NCBI GenBank assembly: GCA_003614675.1
Contig: ML002271.1
Location: forward strand, 1 to 51,969
Reading direction: 5' to 3'
DNA length: 51,969 nt
DNA from: Dimargaris cristalligena
Lineage: Eukaryota
Under the pieces are notes generated by a model that had not been told where the DNA came from, made no database searches, and saw only the letters and a program-made list of their open reading frames with translations. The position numbers and the translations under genes were made by a program. Within the stretch, counting starts at the first letter, position 1. Every line of letters starts with the position of its first letter. This document shows, in pieces, positions 20,519-34,064 of the stretch.

Positions 20519-22556
20519 GTACTTTCAACTGGGAAGTCTTGGGTGTAGTCTGGGTAGGTATATGTGGGTAGCAGGTATAGAAAGGTGTATTGTGGGTGGA
20601 CTAAAGCTGGTTACATAAAAAGAGTGGCTAGGAATTGGATAAAAAATCAATCACTCGGAACCATTGCTGATTTCACGACAATAAGATAAATAGTGAAAAT
20701 GTTAAGAACTAAAAAATAAGCTCATAACTAGAATATTAGAACTAATATGTGGAAGGGCCGTTACATAGGTCTTCTAAATTGCGAGACAGCTAAATACGAG
20801 GCAAGTGACGGTGTAGTATAGTTGAAGGGGCGAGTCGGTGGGTAGCAGAGTTTCACAGAAAAAGGGCTAATTAAAAGGCCCCGAACCACTGTAGCGACGG
20901 AACAGTATTTGATCAGCGGGAAGGGTCCCCGACTGGGTCGTAGTGGTACGGGCGCCATGACCCTTTATTACATTTATCACTGGTCAAAATACCAAGCCAG
21001 GGCATAAACTGAGTAAAGTTGGCCGGTTGGTGGATACTTACAGCGGGATGGACACAATCTGGAAATGTGGGTGGATACGAAGGGATACTTTGACTAGTTG
21101 GGATGCTCTGGAAAAAGAACTGTAATGGTCTAGAACAGGGTATGAACGTCCTTATATAGCCGTAATAAAGGTAAACATGCTAGTATGCCGTTGGGTAGGT
21201 GGGCGCCATTTATAGTTAAAGGAACAAGTCTGAATTATCGGTCCAGTAGGGCGAGTGACCCTCCCAATGCAGCGTCCCTTCCATCACTTGATGGACAAGT
21301 AGAAAAGCGAAGATAAATAGAAGCGGAGGAGAGCACATGGTTGTGATACTGAAGGATGTGGCCGAGAGTGGGGCCATTTTAGGGACATGGCGCAAACCAT
21401 CGGAATTACCGCTTGGCCCTTATATTGCAGTACCTGCATGGAAACACCGTTTATTTAGGCCGGGAAGGGGTATGTGCTGGCACCTGTGGCCCGAGAAAAG
21501 GGCTGTCCAACTACCAGTAATAGCACATGGGGGTGGAATGTGACGAGGGCTTCGGTCGAAAAGTCGGATACCATTAGCCTAGGTAGTTTGTTAGACCTAT
21601 GGGCTTCACGGATAATATAATGCGAAGACCTAGTTATGAAGATTCCGGGGCATAGTCTATGGTTCTGACCAGGCTGCTAAAGACCGGGAAAGTGGGCCCA
21701 TTTCGACGGTAGTGATGGACGTTGGACACAACCCCCTCAGGTGACTTCCAAATGACAATGGTCAGTGGGATGGTGGGGGGGGAGTGGCGAAGGATATGGA
21801 AAGGGATCATTAATCAAATTAGACTGTACAACAACAGTGGCAATAAATATATTTTATCTTTCGCAGGTTTTGGCTAAGGGGGGGGGGGCTACAAAGCCAC
21901 TGCCACCCAAATGTCTGGGCTATGATAGGCTAAAAGCTGACATAAGAACAGGTGAGTCAACACCGATGCCTTCTCTAGGCTGAATGTAGGTATGAAATAG
22001 AAGACATGGTAGTCGAACCCTCGATTTCTGTCTACACATTGATCAGATCATGTGGATGGGCATTTCATCACCAGCCTGAACTATTTTAAAGTGGGCTACA
22101 CCAATCCAGTCCAGCCATCCCTAGTATTGCACTGTTTTGTGGACGAAATTGATAAATGAATCGTCTTCATGAATTCAAAGTACCTGGTTAGGATATGAAG
22201 AGGGAAGCGTTTGGAAGTCGGGGGATTGATCACTGCAGACATGTAGAACCGGGTAAAATAATTTTACTGACTTCAGGATAATCTAAGGTAAGCAAATAGT
22301 GCTACAGGCAATGTAATGGGGAAGCCAGCCATAAATATATCATTAATTAAAGTACAATGCGTGAGAAATATAAGGGCTTAGGGGCGGAACTCTTTGGTAA
22401 TGATTTCATTTAGAAAGCTCCTGGTTATATTTGCCTTGGTAGGTTGATGGAATTTGGGATGTTTTTAATGCGTGTAAAATTAGGCACATCTTTATAAGAT
22501 TTTAAACGATACATATATGTATGTGAAACTAGCCGATATATTTATTTCTAACCAGA

Positions 22557-22579
22557 TATATATATGTGTGTGTGTGTGT
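22557..22579. repeat. (TA)n(TG)n compound microsatellite
   Basis: A (TA)n run directly followed by a (TG)n run is visible. Confidence 0.8.
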
Positions 22580-23536
22580 CTCAAGTGGAATTTTTGTTGT
22601 GTAGCCTGATTGAACCTCTGCCTTATGTTAAATCATTTATGTGAGAAAATAACCAAGCCGCTACAGTGTCATAAATAGTACGTCTTAACATACTTGAAAA
22701 TGTAAGAGCATTGGTCCTATCTCATTTTCATTATACTATACTTTGAGTCCACACCTCCTTCCTTTTAAAGACTGAAATTAATCAATCCCTGATGTTGACG
22801 GAAATGTATCGGGGGTTATCAAAAACTATTAACAAGCCACCATATTGTACACAGTATGATGCACAAATCATTCTAATATACGGTATACCGGAATTAATTA
22901 TCCTTATTCGCAGCCATTCGTACTATAGCTATTTTGGCTAGCCGAGGTCTATCGTTCCATATATGGGAAACTCCCTTAGCATCCCTGGGATATCAGCCGA
23001 CATTCCCTAAAAATATTAAATCCATTTTTGTGTACTTTGGCTGTCCCGTGGTTCACTGTCCTACAACTATTTCAACCTTACCTTACTTAGTTCAGTAGTG
23101 AAGGGGGTCGCCGTTTCCGCCTCCAGACTTTATCCAACATATGCGAGGATTTCGCGGGGTCTAAGATGTACCAACAATGCATAACTTTGGACCCTTTTCT
23201 AATTGTGAATGTATTGCTACTGTTTTCAATTACAATACCTTGTCCTAACCAATAGAAGCCGTGCTGTGATCATGCGCGAACATGTATAAAAGATGTGGTT
23301 TTGGGGACATTACACATGTTCCAAGAGTGGATTTATGGATGTTTAGTCATAACACTAATCATTAATTCGAGGTATAGTGAGGTTTAGGAAAGGTCATAAG
23401 GTATGATGGCATTAATGGGGAAGCGAAAGTAAATCATTGGTAATAAATAGATCAATGGGGTTTCTAAATGTACAAGGTGCTGGATCTAAAGGAGGAAGGC
23501 GCGCTGCTCAATTATCGAGTAATACCACTGCTGGTC

Positions 23537-24920
23537 TCACTTCCTACTTCTTACTCGAGGAATGACCACGGCTAAGAGGCCACACGCCAGAGTGGCGGTT
23601 ATGGTGATGTTAGCATTTAGTGAATCAAACCGGCTCCATAAAGGCTGAATCAACGCCAGGGTCGTTAATGGGTGCGCAATGATGTGCCGGTATTCCCGAA
23701 AGAATTCGGCAGTTTGGTTCTTTAAGCGGTACCATATGAGTCCTGGAAGCCAACTACGAGGCTGGGCCTGAGGGTAGCAGGATTGCATATTGGATAGATT
23801 CGCCGATGACGAGGGCGAAAGTACGATTAATTGTTGGGAAGGTAGCCGGGTCCGACATTGTGGGGCTGACATTAGAATAGGTAAAGAAGAGGTGGTGGGA
23901 TAAGGGGTTTGCGGTTGGTGAGGACCACGATTGGAAACCCCCTGAATTAATAAAGTGTCTGATACCCCTGAGCTATTCCTCGCTAGATGGGGATGAGTCT
24001 GGGTCTGATGAGCGGTAAAGTCGTTCGATTGATAGGGACTTTCATCCAACACGGTATCTATTGTCTCGTTAGTCGCCGGGTCCATTGTGTCACCACTCAT
24101 ATTACGTCGCTGTTTTTGGCAGTCGGCCAGGCAGCGGTGTAGAAATGAGCGATAGTGGTCTAAATCCACGACCGCCCGCTTGGGGTCGGTGGTCCCCACC
24201 AGGTGCGAAATCAGCCGTTGGTGGCTAGAGCGGGTTCCGTAGAATAGTTTTTCGGAGGTTAGGTTCCATCGGTAGGCCTTCTCGACCAATACATCGGACA
24301 CCACTTCCAAAATGGAAAACGGATCTCGGTCAAAGACGGTTGACTCCGAGGCCACTGAGAGGGGGGACTGGGTCGCATTAGGCGGATGGAAGGGTAATTG
24401 CCGCGAGTTGGGTTGAGCGGATGGACAAGCGGACAATAATGACGAATGGCCCTCCCCTTCACGACCCGAGTCCGGTAGAGTGGCGGTGGTGGTTGGCATA
24501 AAGGGGGGGAGAGGGCCAGGGTGTTGCAGCTCCTTGGGGGTGGGGGACGGTGACACTTCCTCCAGTAGGACAGGCGGCCGGATCAACGAGGATGGTGAAA
24601 CGGAAGTGCTCTCCTCCTCCTGTGCAAGGGGGTCCGCGGATAACCACTGGGGGGGGCTGATTATCTAAAGGGGCGGTCCATCGGCGGTTCGGGGATTGGT
24701 GGGGTATGGCCGACCAGCGACGACTAGGCGTCGGCGCGTTCGACTGGGGGGAGGCCACCGGACAAACCCGCTGTTGCTGGCGCAGCTCGTGGTAGCGACC
24801 GGCGAGGTAGATATTCTGGGCCTCGAGTGCTTCTTTGTCCTCATGGCACTGCTGGAGAGCCTCTTCCAGTTCGTGAACCCGATACGCCAGGGAGCTCAAG
24901 TCAGGCGCCATGTGGGCCAT
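23537..24920 (-). CDS. Orphan protein with an N-terminal coiled coil and C-terminal membrane anchor, encoded in two frames
   Basis: Frame A (from 24920) encodes a heptad coiled coil (LAYRVHELEEALQQCHEDKEALEAQN). Frame B is open from 24664 to the stop at 23537 and ends in ITITATLACGLLAVVIPRVRSRK. The frames can be joined by an intron at 24767-24665 or by an indel in the G8 run at about 24649-24656. Confidence 0.7.
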
Positions 24921-27864
24921 GGGAGCGGTTTGGCGAGAATACGAAGGAGTAGGCGTGTTGGAACGGTGGGGTGTGGCGGAAAAACAAATGGGTGTGAACT
25001 GAGGCGGGGGGGAGAAGTAGAGGTGTGGACTGTCGTGCTGTCGAGCGGGTGGTTATATAGTTATATATATATATATTTATACATGGTCGGGCATTTGGAA
25101 TAAGTCAGGCACCGCATAGAAGCCCAGTGTGAATGACAAAAAGGGTTATATAAATCAATCAAACAAATTAGTAACGAATAATGCACTACACCGACTGAAT
25201 GGGCCGACTGAAATATCGACTGTGGGAATGAGCTGGCCGGATATGCTGACCATGTAGTCCATGGCAGCGTCCGGGCGTTTCCGGTCGACAAAAGGCCACC
25301 GGACTCAGTTAAATATCGTGACAAATGGAATCAGAGGCCCTTTTTTATAAACCATGCTCTGTCAAGGGAGCAGTCAATATAAGATCAAAGGAACCAGCAT
25401 CGGGAAAGTCATTGGGGCTAATACTGCGCGCGGCAATGTCTAATGTATCCTTCACTTACCAGTTCCCTGATTGGGTGGGTTGGCGGGGCGGCCATCATAA
25501 CGAGACAACTCGGACCAAGTCGGAGCGGACCCAATGGGGGGTTCTAAGGAGGTCGCTACTTGGTTAATAGAAGGCGGGGTAGGGCTTTGGTTGGGTCGGG
25601 CAATTCGCCGGATGCCCTTATTTGATTCCCAGGCGTGGAGAGAGGCAGCTGCGGCTATTCGTAGGTTAAAATAACGAATGTGACAAGGGCTTGATCGGAG
25701 AGTAGTGTAATGAAATAGGGTACTGATGGAATATTACACCCTTGGGCTTGGATATTTGGGGTCGATAGGTTATAATTGAGCAGAGTTGGTTAATCGCGGG
25801 TGGACTATTTATCTAAGAACAGACATCGACTTAGACACGTAATCAATCCGGCACAGAGATGTCTCCGTAGTATACAATGGTCGTAAAATATTAAAATAAA
25901 GGTGGATTACAATAGCAAGGAATATAGGCCCATCGGACGGTTTCGTAAATGGGAAAGTGCGCTGACGGATTGCTTTGGGGTATATATATAATAAATCGGG
26001 CCACATCACCCCGTAACACTGAGGATAATATCGCTTAACCCGAACATTGTGTTCACTAGTGATGAAAAGTGTGGAAGCGGAGAGAGGGAAAGAAAAGCAG
26101 AGCCAGAATGGGCGGGGCGGGTAGGACTGCGAACAGTTAGATGGAGTTGGTCGACCAGATCACTGGCCAAGTAGCACGAGGTCATTGGGGACGCTCAAGT
26201 TGAAAATACGGTTGGCCGGTGGTTGGTGTGCGACTTATCCCCAAAAAGGTGCCTAGGGCAGTTTAGGAACCCGACAGTGCCCTAATTGATAGATACCTTT
26301 CACTTTGGGTCTTATAGAGAGTTCCCCTCCAAAGTGCGCCATGAAGAGCAGCCACCGACAAGGCCAACTGTCCAACCATTGTGGTGCCCAAGTGCTCTCA
26401 TCTGTACCACATCCTTTTGCTCGATGGATAGAGTGTTTTATTGAAACTGCCCAATGCGATACAGGGCGTATCTTTCCACGCTGCATGTTTGGGATGTTAT
26501 ATCTTGGCTGGGTGGTATCAATGTCAGCGGCAAAATATATTAGCAGAGTTTTGCTAGGTGCCGATTGAGCAAAGACTGGTGACCCATAGCCATTAAGCTG
26601 ATAAGAAATTCACTGTCCGTTTTCTAATAGGCCATCATGTCCATCAAGAGCTAGCTCTGCACTAACGCCTCTTGTAAGCAATATGCCGGTGCCTATCATC
26701 TAAAAAAGGGTATAGATGTGGGTGTTGGACGATATGTATCGGTATCCCGTTATATACAGAACATAGGAGACTTCAGAAATTAAGGTGATTTTACGTAGTG
26801 GGTAAATCTAGAAGGATCGAAACGTGTTGACTGAACAGTTCCCAAACGATACATGAACATTAGGGATATTAGCTATGTAAAAAATAAATAAAGACTATCA
26901 GCACGTTGCCTGAGTGTTAGGGGGTGTCTTGTCCCAAAGCTGGCTTGATTTGTGGGCCAGTGCAGTCGAGGGCTCACGGATAATATCCTTATTGAGTGAG
27001 TGTGTGATATACACTACATGTTTATTGCGGTTATGTGGTTCGTTGAATTATTATTTGAAATTGAGGGGAACTGTGCCCTGGGCATGAAACGTGAAAAAGA
27101 AAGATGGACAACCTCCCCGAAAAACTCGGAAAGCAAAGGGACTGGAAAGTCCGAAGTCCAGTCTTTAACACGAGATTAAATCAGGATCGTTCAATCTACG
27201 ACTCTCCAGTGCGTCGCTGCCTTGACAAGAGCCCCGGAGGACTGGGCGGCGACAAAATAGCATACCGAAAACGGTAAGCCAGGAAAACCTGATAAACTAA
27301 GAGGAAAAAGAGGGACAGGGGCCGCGATGGACTTTTATAGGCACATAAATTGTTGGCCTACGTCCAATTTTTTTTTAGGGTCAGTTAATTGGCTGGTAAG
27401 TTAGACCAATTAGTGAGTGATTGCGGATAGATAGTAGTGGGATTACGGTGGTGGAGTAGAAAATCACATGATCAGGAATGAACCGGCCCATCCTCTTCGT
27501 AAGGTTCTAAGAATGGGACCACGATTTCACTCCGATGGGAGTTGTTGGCCAGAGATAAATAAACAAACGCTGTCTAGTACAAGAAAGGCCACAGCCGCGG
27601 TCTTGGGATTCCCACCTCAGCCACAAGCACAGCCTCTCCCGCCTCCGGGCCAATTGCCTATAGTCTTCGTTAGGAGTTGCTTCTCATTCACATTACACTC
27701 GCATTCTACAATATACGGTCGATTCCCCTTTCGAAAGTCTCTTGTCCTCCTCTAATTAAACCCTAAGCCCATTGCTTTTTACCTTAAGTCCAACCCCATT
27801 GCCGTCAGCCCCAGTGGCAATTTTCCCAACCGACCACCCAGACAGTCAACTCTGCCCTCAAACC

Positions 27865-29839
27865 ATGTCCTTCTTTGATAAACAAACAAGGGCCAAGCCA
27901 GCCAGAAAAACTAAGTCCGAGGAGGTGGACCCCACCATGCCCTGGATTGAAAAATAGTAAGTGTGCATTCCTTTCTAGGTCGCCGATACGCCTATTCTTC
28001 AATATAATGTATATCAGACCGATTGCCGTCCACAGACGGAACTACCATTCCGATTCCAACTGACCGTATGCCCCTCGCGTAACCCCTGCCCTCCATACGG
28101 CCATTCTGCTCGCACATACCCACCATGTCCCTGATCCTAGTCGTCCCCGGAGCATGAATGATATTTCAGCCCAAGAGGAAGTCGTTCAGGTCCTCAAAAG
28201 TAGTCTGGAATCGCAAAATCTCCCGCATCTCCTGTTCTATGGCCCCCCTGGTACCGGCAAAACTTCAACGATTCTGGCTCTAACTCGTGATATGTTTGGG
28301 TAAGTATCCGACCTCTGTCTGGTTCAGTTCATTATCCCAGAATCCCCCCCCCCAACACCATGTATTTCTAATAGGGCTCCGACCAGATGTCCACTCCATA
28401 CTGTATATCCCTAAACTCATTATCGCCACATGTAATTTTAATCACCTTCTTCGATACTATGTGCAAACACCACTGCCAATAGCCCCGAACTTATGAAATC
28501 TCGTGTTTTAGAATTGAATGCCTCCGATGAACGCGGTATTGAAGTGGTCAGGCGCAAGGTGAAGGATTTCGCCCGATCGGTCGTCAGTCAAAACTCTAGG
28601 TAGGTCATATATGCGAGGGACAGGTGACTCAGTCATATGAAATTACCCAATAGGCATTATGCCAGCGGCTTATATACTACCTCATCCACGATTGTCTAAC
28701 CACGTATGTCACTGGCTTTCTTTAATCCCTTTATTTCTAATGCCGGGGCATTATTAGCGGACAATCAGCCCCCCCTTACAAAATCATCATCTTGGACGAG
28801 GCGGATTCCATGACCGGCGATGCTCAGGCCGCCCTCCGACGAACTATGGAGACTTATTCAAGGATTACTCGATTTTGCCTCATTTGTAACTACGTGAGCC
28901 GGTATGTACCGATGACCAGATTTTTAATTTAGAGCTGTAGGGGGGTCATCTTTCCATCTTCCCATCTGCATTAATCTTGTATGGATAACCACATCAAGTA
29001 CTAGCCTTCCCTAGCGTTTATTTGGACTTTCACTCACTTTTATACCATGCTCTCCCCCACACTTCGTGTTGGAATTCTATAACATATACTAGAATCATCG
29101 AGCCCCTGGCCTCCCGATGCGCTAAATTCCGATTCAAGCCACTGCCCCTCGAACAAAGTGAAAGCAAGCTGCGGTTTATCTGCGAAAAAGAAAATATTAC
29201 CTATGAGCCGAATGTAAGGTTATTCCGGTATTTGATGTACCTCATATGATCCACACTCAGTGCACCCCACCTGGGTGGGGTTGGCCTACTTTGCACTATT
29301 TTTCATGTTAAAGGGCCGCTTTTATTTTACCGTATATCTACATTCCTGACTGACATGGCATTCTCCCCCTCCCCCATGTATATTATTATTTTTTGCACAA
29401 CGAACAACTCTTTTCGCGATACCCCCAGGTTCTCCCCGAGGTTATTAAGGCTTCGGAAGGCGACTTGCGGCGGGCCACCATGTTTCTTCAAAGTGCCCAC
29501 AACCTCCACCAGAATGAGGCCATCACCGTACCCTCAGTCCATAGTATCGCCGGTATAATTCCTGAGGAATACATTCAACATGTGATAAGTCAATGGGGAG
29601 TGGCGTCCTACAACAACCTAAAGCAACTGGTGGACAACGCTGTATGGTCAGGTTATTCGGCCCATCAATTAGTGGCCCAGATCCACGACGCCGTGGTGGA
29701 TCATACGAACTGGACTTCATTACAGAAGGCCCGTATTGCCCAAATTATCGGTGTTGTCGATAAATGTATTACGGATGGGGCAGACGAACATTTGCAATTG
29801 GTGAACTTTATGGTCCAGGCCTCCCAAATTGTAGCCTGA
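27865..29839 (+). CDS. RFC2: Replication factor C small subunit (yeast Rfc2 / human RFC4 type), 6 exons
   Basis: The spliced product contains [84 protein letters not shown] and DGADEHLQL. All introns are GT-AG. Confidence 0.96.
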
Positions 29840-31181
29840 TTCTGCTATCGGGCGTATGGTGGCGCGTGTCCATCGGTCTTCTAGTTGGAGCCTCCCCTCA
29901 CCTTTGGTGCAGCAAGCTATAGAACATACAATAGACCGGTGAGTATTAATCGAATGTTCAAGAAATGTCCAGAATCTCCTGTGGCTCCCCAATTAAGCTT
30001 TAATATGGGTGGAATTCGGCCCAGCTGTATAAGGTCTTAAATGATATGTGTACGGGAAAAAAGGCGGGATGTTTATTTTCAACCTGTAGTAAATGCCTCA
30101 TCCAACGGATTTTTCGTTATACGGCCTGGTTGAACTCCTCCCATGTTTCCTGTAAAATCCTCAATGAATGAACCACTCACTCTATACCGAACCAGTTGAT
30201 TTCGATAACGCATCTTCATTATTCGTATTACCGTATAATTAAATAACAGGTTATGGTACGGGGTCAAAGGGTAGGCTGGCTTATAACCCACTAGTCTGCC
30301 TCTCGATCGCTTTGAAGTAAAGCAAAAAAATAAGGTTGAATAGTATTCGGGGAGTAATTAAAGTGGTCAACCAGGCCAAATTCGATTTTTTTTGCAGAGA
30401 TATCCGCTTACCTCCCCCGCAATATCTCCACTAGCTTGTAAAGGCAACCCGTCGGTACTTGCGGCCTCTATATACCAGAATCACCTATTAATGGAGCAGC
30501 TAGAGTTATATATATTAAAGAATTGCAGCTCGTGGACTGGCGACTGAGCTGCGTTATCCCACGAAGGAACTCGGTGTTGGGGGCTGGGGGTGTTTTGTAA
30601 TCAGCCCCCATGCATACCGGTCAGCCATAATTATGGGTTTTAATCTACGTTCAAGATTATCACCATACAGCTCAAATTAAACATGTAGGTTATGTGGGGA
30701 AAAATAATACTAGATTAGTCGACAGGTGTAATGTTATCTTCAAGCCCAAGGCGGTGTGTGGTATTTGATTACAATAAAATTGGATATATAGGCTGAGGTA
30801 CCCTTATATCTAATAGGTGTCGATAATCCGCCCTCTAAGAACTTGGGAGTATAGGGAGGCCACGTTTTTCAAAGTCGAAAGGCAGGGGGGCTAGAGGCTA
30901 CCGAATTGTAACTCAACAAAAAAAAAAGAGTATAGCGAATTATTGATCCAGTAGATAAGGTAATTATGTATACAGGCCAGTTAGTGACAAGTGGGAGACG
31001 TAGGCCGATCAGCAGCGTCCGAAGAGAGTGGGAAAAAAACGGACGAGGCAAGCAGGTAGAGGAAGTGCTAATTGTGTTCGGTTATGAGTGGGTATACATG
31101 CCAATGGACGCCGCGAGTTCCCAAAAACCTCAGAGGCCTTCGACATGAGATGCAGCCACAGACGCTAAATTAGGTTTGCGT

Positions 31182-33516
31182 TTAGTAGTTCTTGTTCTCA
31201 AAATCTTCTTTTGTAATGTATGAAGCAATAACAGTACGTTGAGCAAACTTCCGACCGGCAAGTGCCCGGAGGGCCTGGGCCGATTGGTTAGTATCGGCAA
31301 ACTCAACAAAGATCTGTATGCATAATTAGGGGAGAGTAGGCGGATAAGTGGCGTACAGGTTAGAAATAGGGATACAGGAATGGTATAAATAGGAGTTGTT
31401 TGGGTCCAGAAACAGAGGGAATAGGGCGTGGACAATTATAATAGAAACTCTGCGAAGATGCACGGCTAGTAATGCTTACCTTGCCAATTCCAGGTTCATT
31501 GCCTTCTGGCGTGGGGCGGGGAATACGAATGCTCACAACGGTACCAAAAGTGGAGCACTCCGCCCGGACATCTTCGATGATATCTGTTCATTATGGGATA
31601 TCAGTATGTTAGAAACGTATACAAATCGGGGATATTAGCAAACGATCATACGGTCGGGCATATTCCATCTAAAGGCAAACTAAGCTCTATCCAGGTACGT
31701 GCAGTAACATCCACAAGAGTTCAAAATACTTACCATTATACTCCTCGTCATCGGCCAGTTCGTTGGGCGATACCATATTAAGTAGCTGCAGGATACAAGT
31801 AGGTTGAACAGGCGTGCCAGCGTCACTCTGAAGAGTGGCCGAGATACTCGGTGGTAAACGGTGGGCGTAATTCGATAATGGCGGCGGTCCTGCATGTCCC
31901 ATGGAGTAGGACGCACCACCGCCACCACCAGGACGACCGCCCATACCGTACGCACCAGGGGGCCCGCCACCCATACCGCCACCACTACCGGGGGTAGTCG
32001 ATGTTAGGCGCGAGCCCACACTAGCTTTCTGAACCACTAGTCTCTTCTCACCCAGTTCCATCCCATTGAGTCCCTGGCAGACCAATTCAGTGGTGGAGGG
32101 GTCAGCGAACTCGCAAAACGCGAAGCCTTTGCTCATTTTAGTCTGAGAATCCTTGACCAAGTGGAACGCCTTCAGCTCACCAAAGGTCTGGAGCAGCTCA
32201 ATCATCTGGGTGTCAGTCAGATACGACGGAATCGCACCCAAGAAGAGTTTGTAGGGACTGTCGGGTACAATGGTGGAGATACCATTCGGGTGCGTGGCGG
32301 GGCCCTGGATCCGGGGATGATTGGGGGCAGCGGGTCCGGCAGTGGGGGCTCCACCGTAAGCATCTACATAATCTTTGGGGCGTTTAACCCGAAGGGGCTG
32401 GCCCTGAAACACGGTTCCATCGAAGGTAATGGCCAGGTCCGCCTCTTCGGGAGACCGAAATTCGGTAAAGGCATATCCCTTCTCAATATTCATATACACG
32501 TGGGTCACCACCGACTGGTGGGGTTGAATCACGCCCACTTGTACCATTAGGGAGTTGAAGAATTCGGTAATACTTGTTTCCGAAGTGCCCGGCGGTAGGT
32601 TACCAATGTAAAGGCGGCGCTTTTGTCTCTCCCGTTGGAATTCGGCGGAATTCTGGTGTCCACCGCGGACACCCGAGGGCCCATTGGAAGAGCGGTCGTG
32701 TTCGTCGAAATCACCGCCGTTTCCCTGGTTGGCGTTGCCGCCCTCCCCAAAGTTAAAGATCCCGCCGTGGTCGGTGCCCAGGGGAATTGCATTCGAGGAC
32801 GTGATCCGACTGCGCGAATTCACAGAATCGTGGTAGTCGGGGCGGTGGCTGTCAACGGGTCGGCTTGGCTTACGGGATGAGCGGGTGCCCAAAGTATGGT
32901 AGGGCAACAGAAACTGACCCGTGGCTTTGGCGTCCAAAGCCGAAACATGTTCAAAACCCTGCGGAGGGATATCCCAGTTGTTGACCCGGCGGTGACGGCG
33001 GTTCAATGGGACGACCTCAGACCGGTGGGTCCTACTCCGGCTAGATCGACGCCGGGGACTAGACTCACGTTCGCGTTCGCGTGGGCGCTCCCGTCCTTCG
33101 CGATCGTGTTCCCGCTCCCGGTAATGGCGGTCGGAGTCATGCCGACGTCGGTTGCTACTGCGCTCACCCGAACGACTGCGGCGCCGCTTACGAGAATGAT
33201 CGCGCTCAGAAGACCGGGCCCGAGATCTTCGGGATCCGGCCTCGGACGGACTGTGGCCTCGACTGGGGGAGCGATCCTCGCGCGAGTGCGCGTCGGAATA
33301 GGGTGGTTCGGATGTCCGGGGTTCTGAGGAACGAGATGGCGCGGTGGCCCTAGGGGATGGTGCCTCTTCCGGATGTTGTTCAGTCGGCTGGGTGGGGTGG
33401 GGAGCCGGAGACCTAACCGATGCTGGGGAGTAGCCAGGCGAAGTAGGTCGCGTTGATTCGGCAGTAGGGGTGTCTACTTGTGTAGAATTGGATTCAGGGG
33501 CTGTAGGCTCGGCCAT
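31182..33516 (-). CDS. U2AF2: Splicing factor U2AF large subunit (U2AF65/Prp2/Mud2 family), 3 exons
   Basis: Exons 33516-31734, 31583-31480 and 31313-31182. RS domain, ULM (RRVNNWDIPP), RRM1 (RRLYIGNLP), RRM2 (KLFLGAIP...SKGFAFCEF) and UHM (LQLLNMV...DIIEDVRAECSTFG...GIGKIFVEF...LAGRKFAQRTV). Confidence 0.97.
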
Positions 33517-34064
33517 CCTTAGTTATCGCGAAAGAGTTGACAAAGGGGTAATGGGAGTACGGAAAAGATGTATATCAACGGTAGGAGCAGTATCGAAAGC
33601 GTTATATAGGGAAAATTAGTTAACTAAAGATTTTGCCTGTAACAGCGCACCTAATGCAGAATATATGCGGATACAAAAGTCGAATAATAATGCAATGAAG
33701 AAGAGGCGAATTGAGTTGGAAAAGGGTAGATTGAGCTGATACGCATGGAAGGATCCCAATTAGGTATTGGAAGTTGTATTAGCGTTAGAGGAAGTCGGGA
33801 ACCTACCTAGCTAGCATAAGTTTGGTAACCAATGGCGAACCTTGCAAAAAACCCTTGATTCGTTTACACTCCTTTCTTTTTTTACCACTACATGGAAACG
33901 TGCAATCTATGCTAGACGATTCCGTTTATTCTGGATATTCAGCCTCCTTCGTTTGCCTTGTTTTCGCGTAACCGGATTTTCTTGGAAGTCTCTAAGCACC
34001 GGTGTAGGGGGAAGCTCACTTAGAGTTAACCCGTTTTTAAATAATAGTAGAATTTCAGCACGTC

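Noticed and set aside
22000..22030. GGTTCGACT (T-loop-like) suggesting a tRNA
   Set aside because: No T-stem pairing, acceptor stem or cloverleaf; retained only as part of the structured-element finding.
25000..25498. Minus-strand short ORF (MMAAPPTHPIREL) with a strong gtaagt donor upstream of the coiled-coil gene
   Set aside because: The nearest good acceptor (25000) does not place it in frame with the 24920 ATG; at most a 5' UTR intron, and unsupported.
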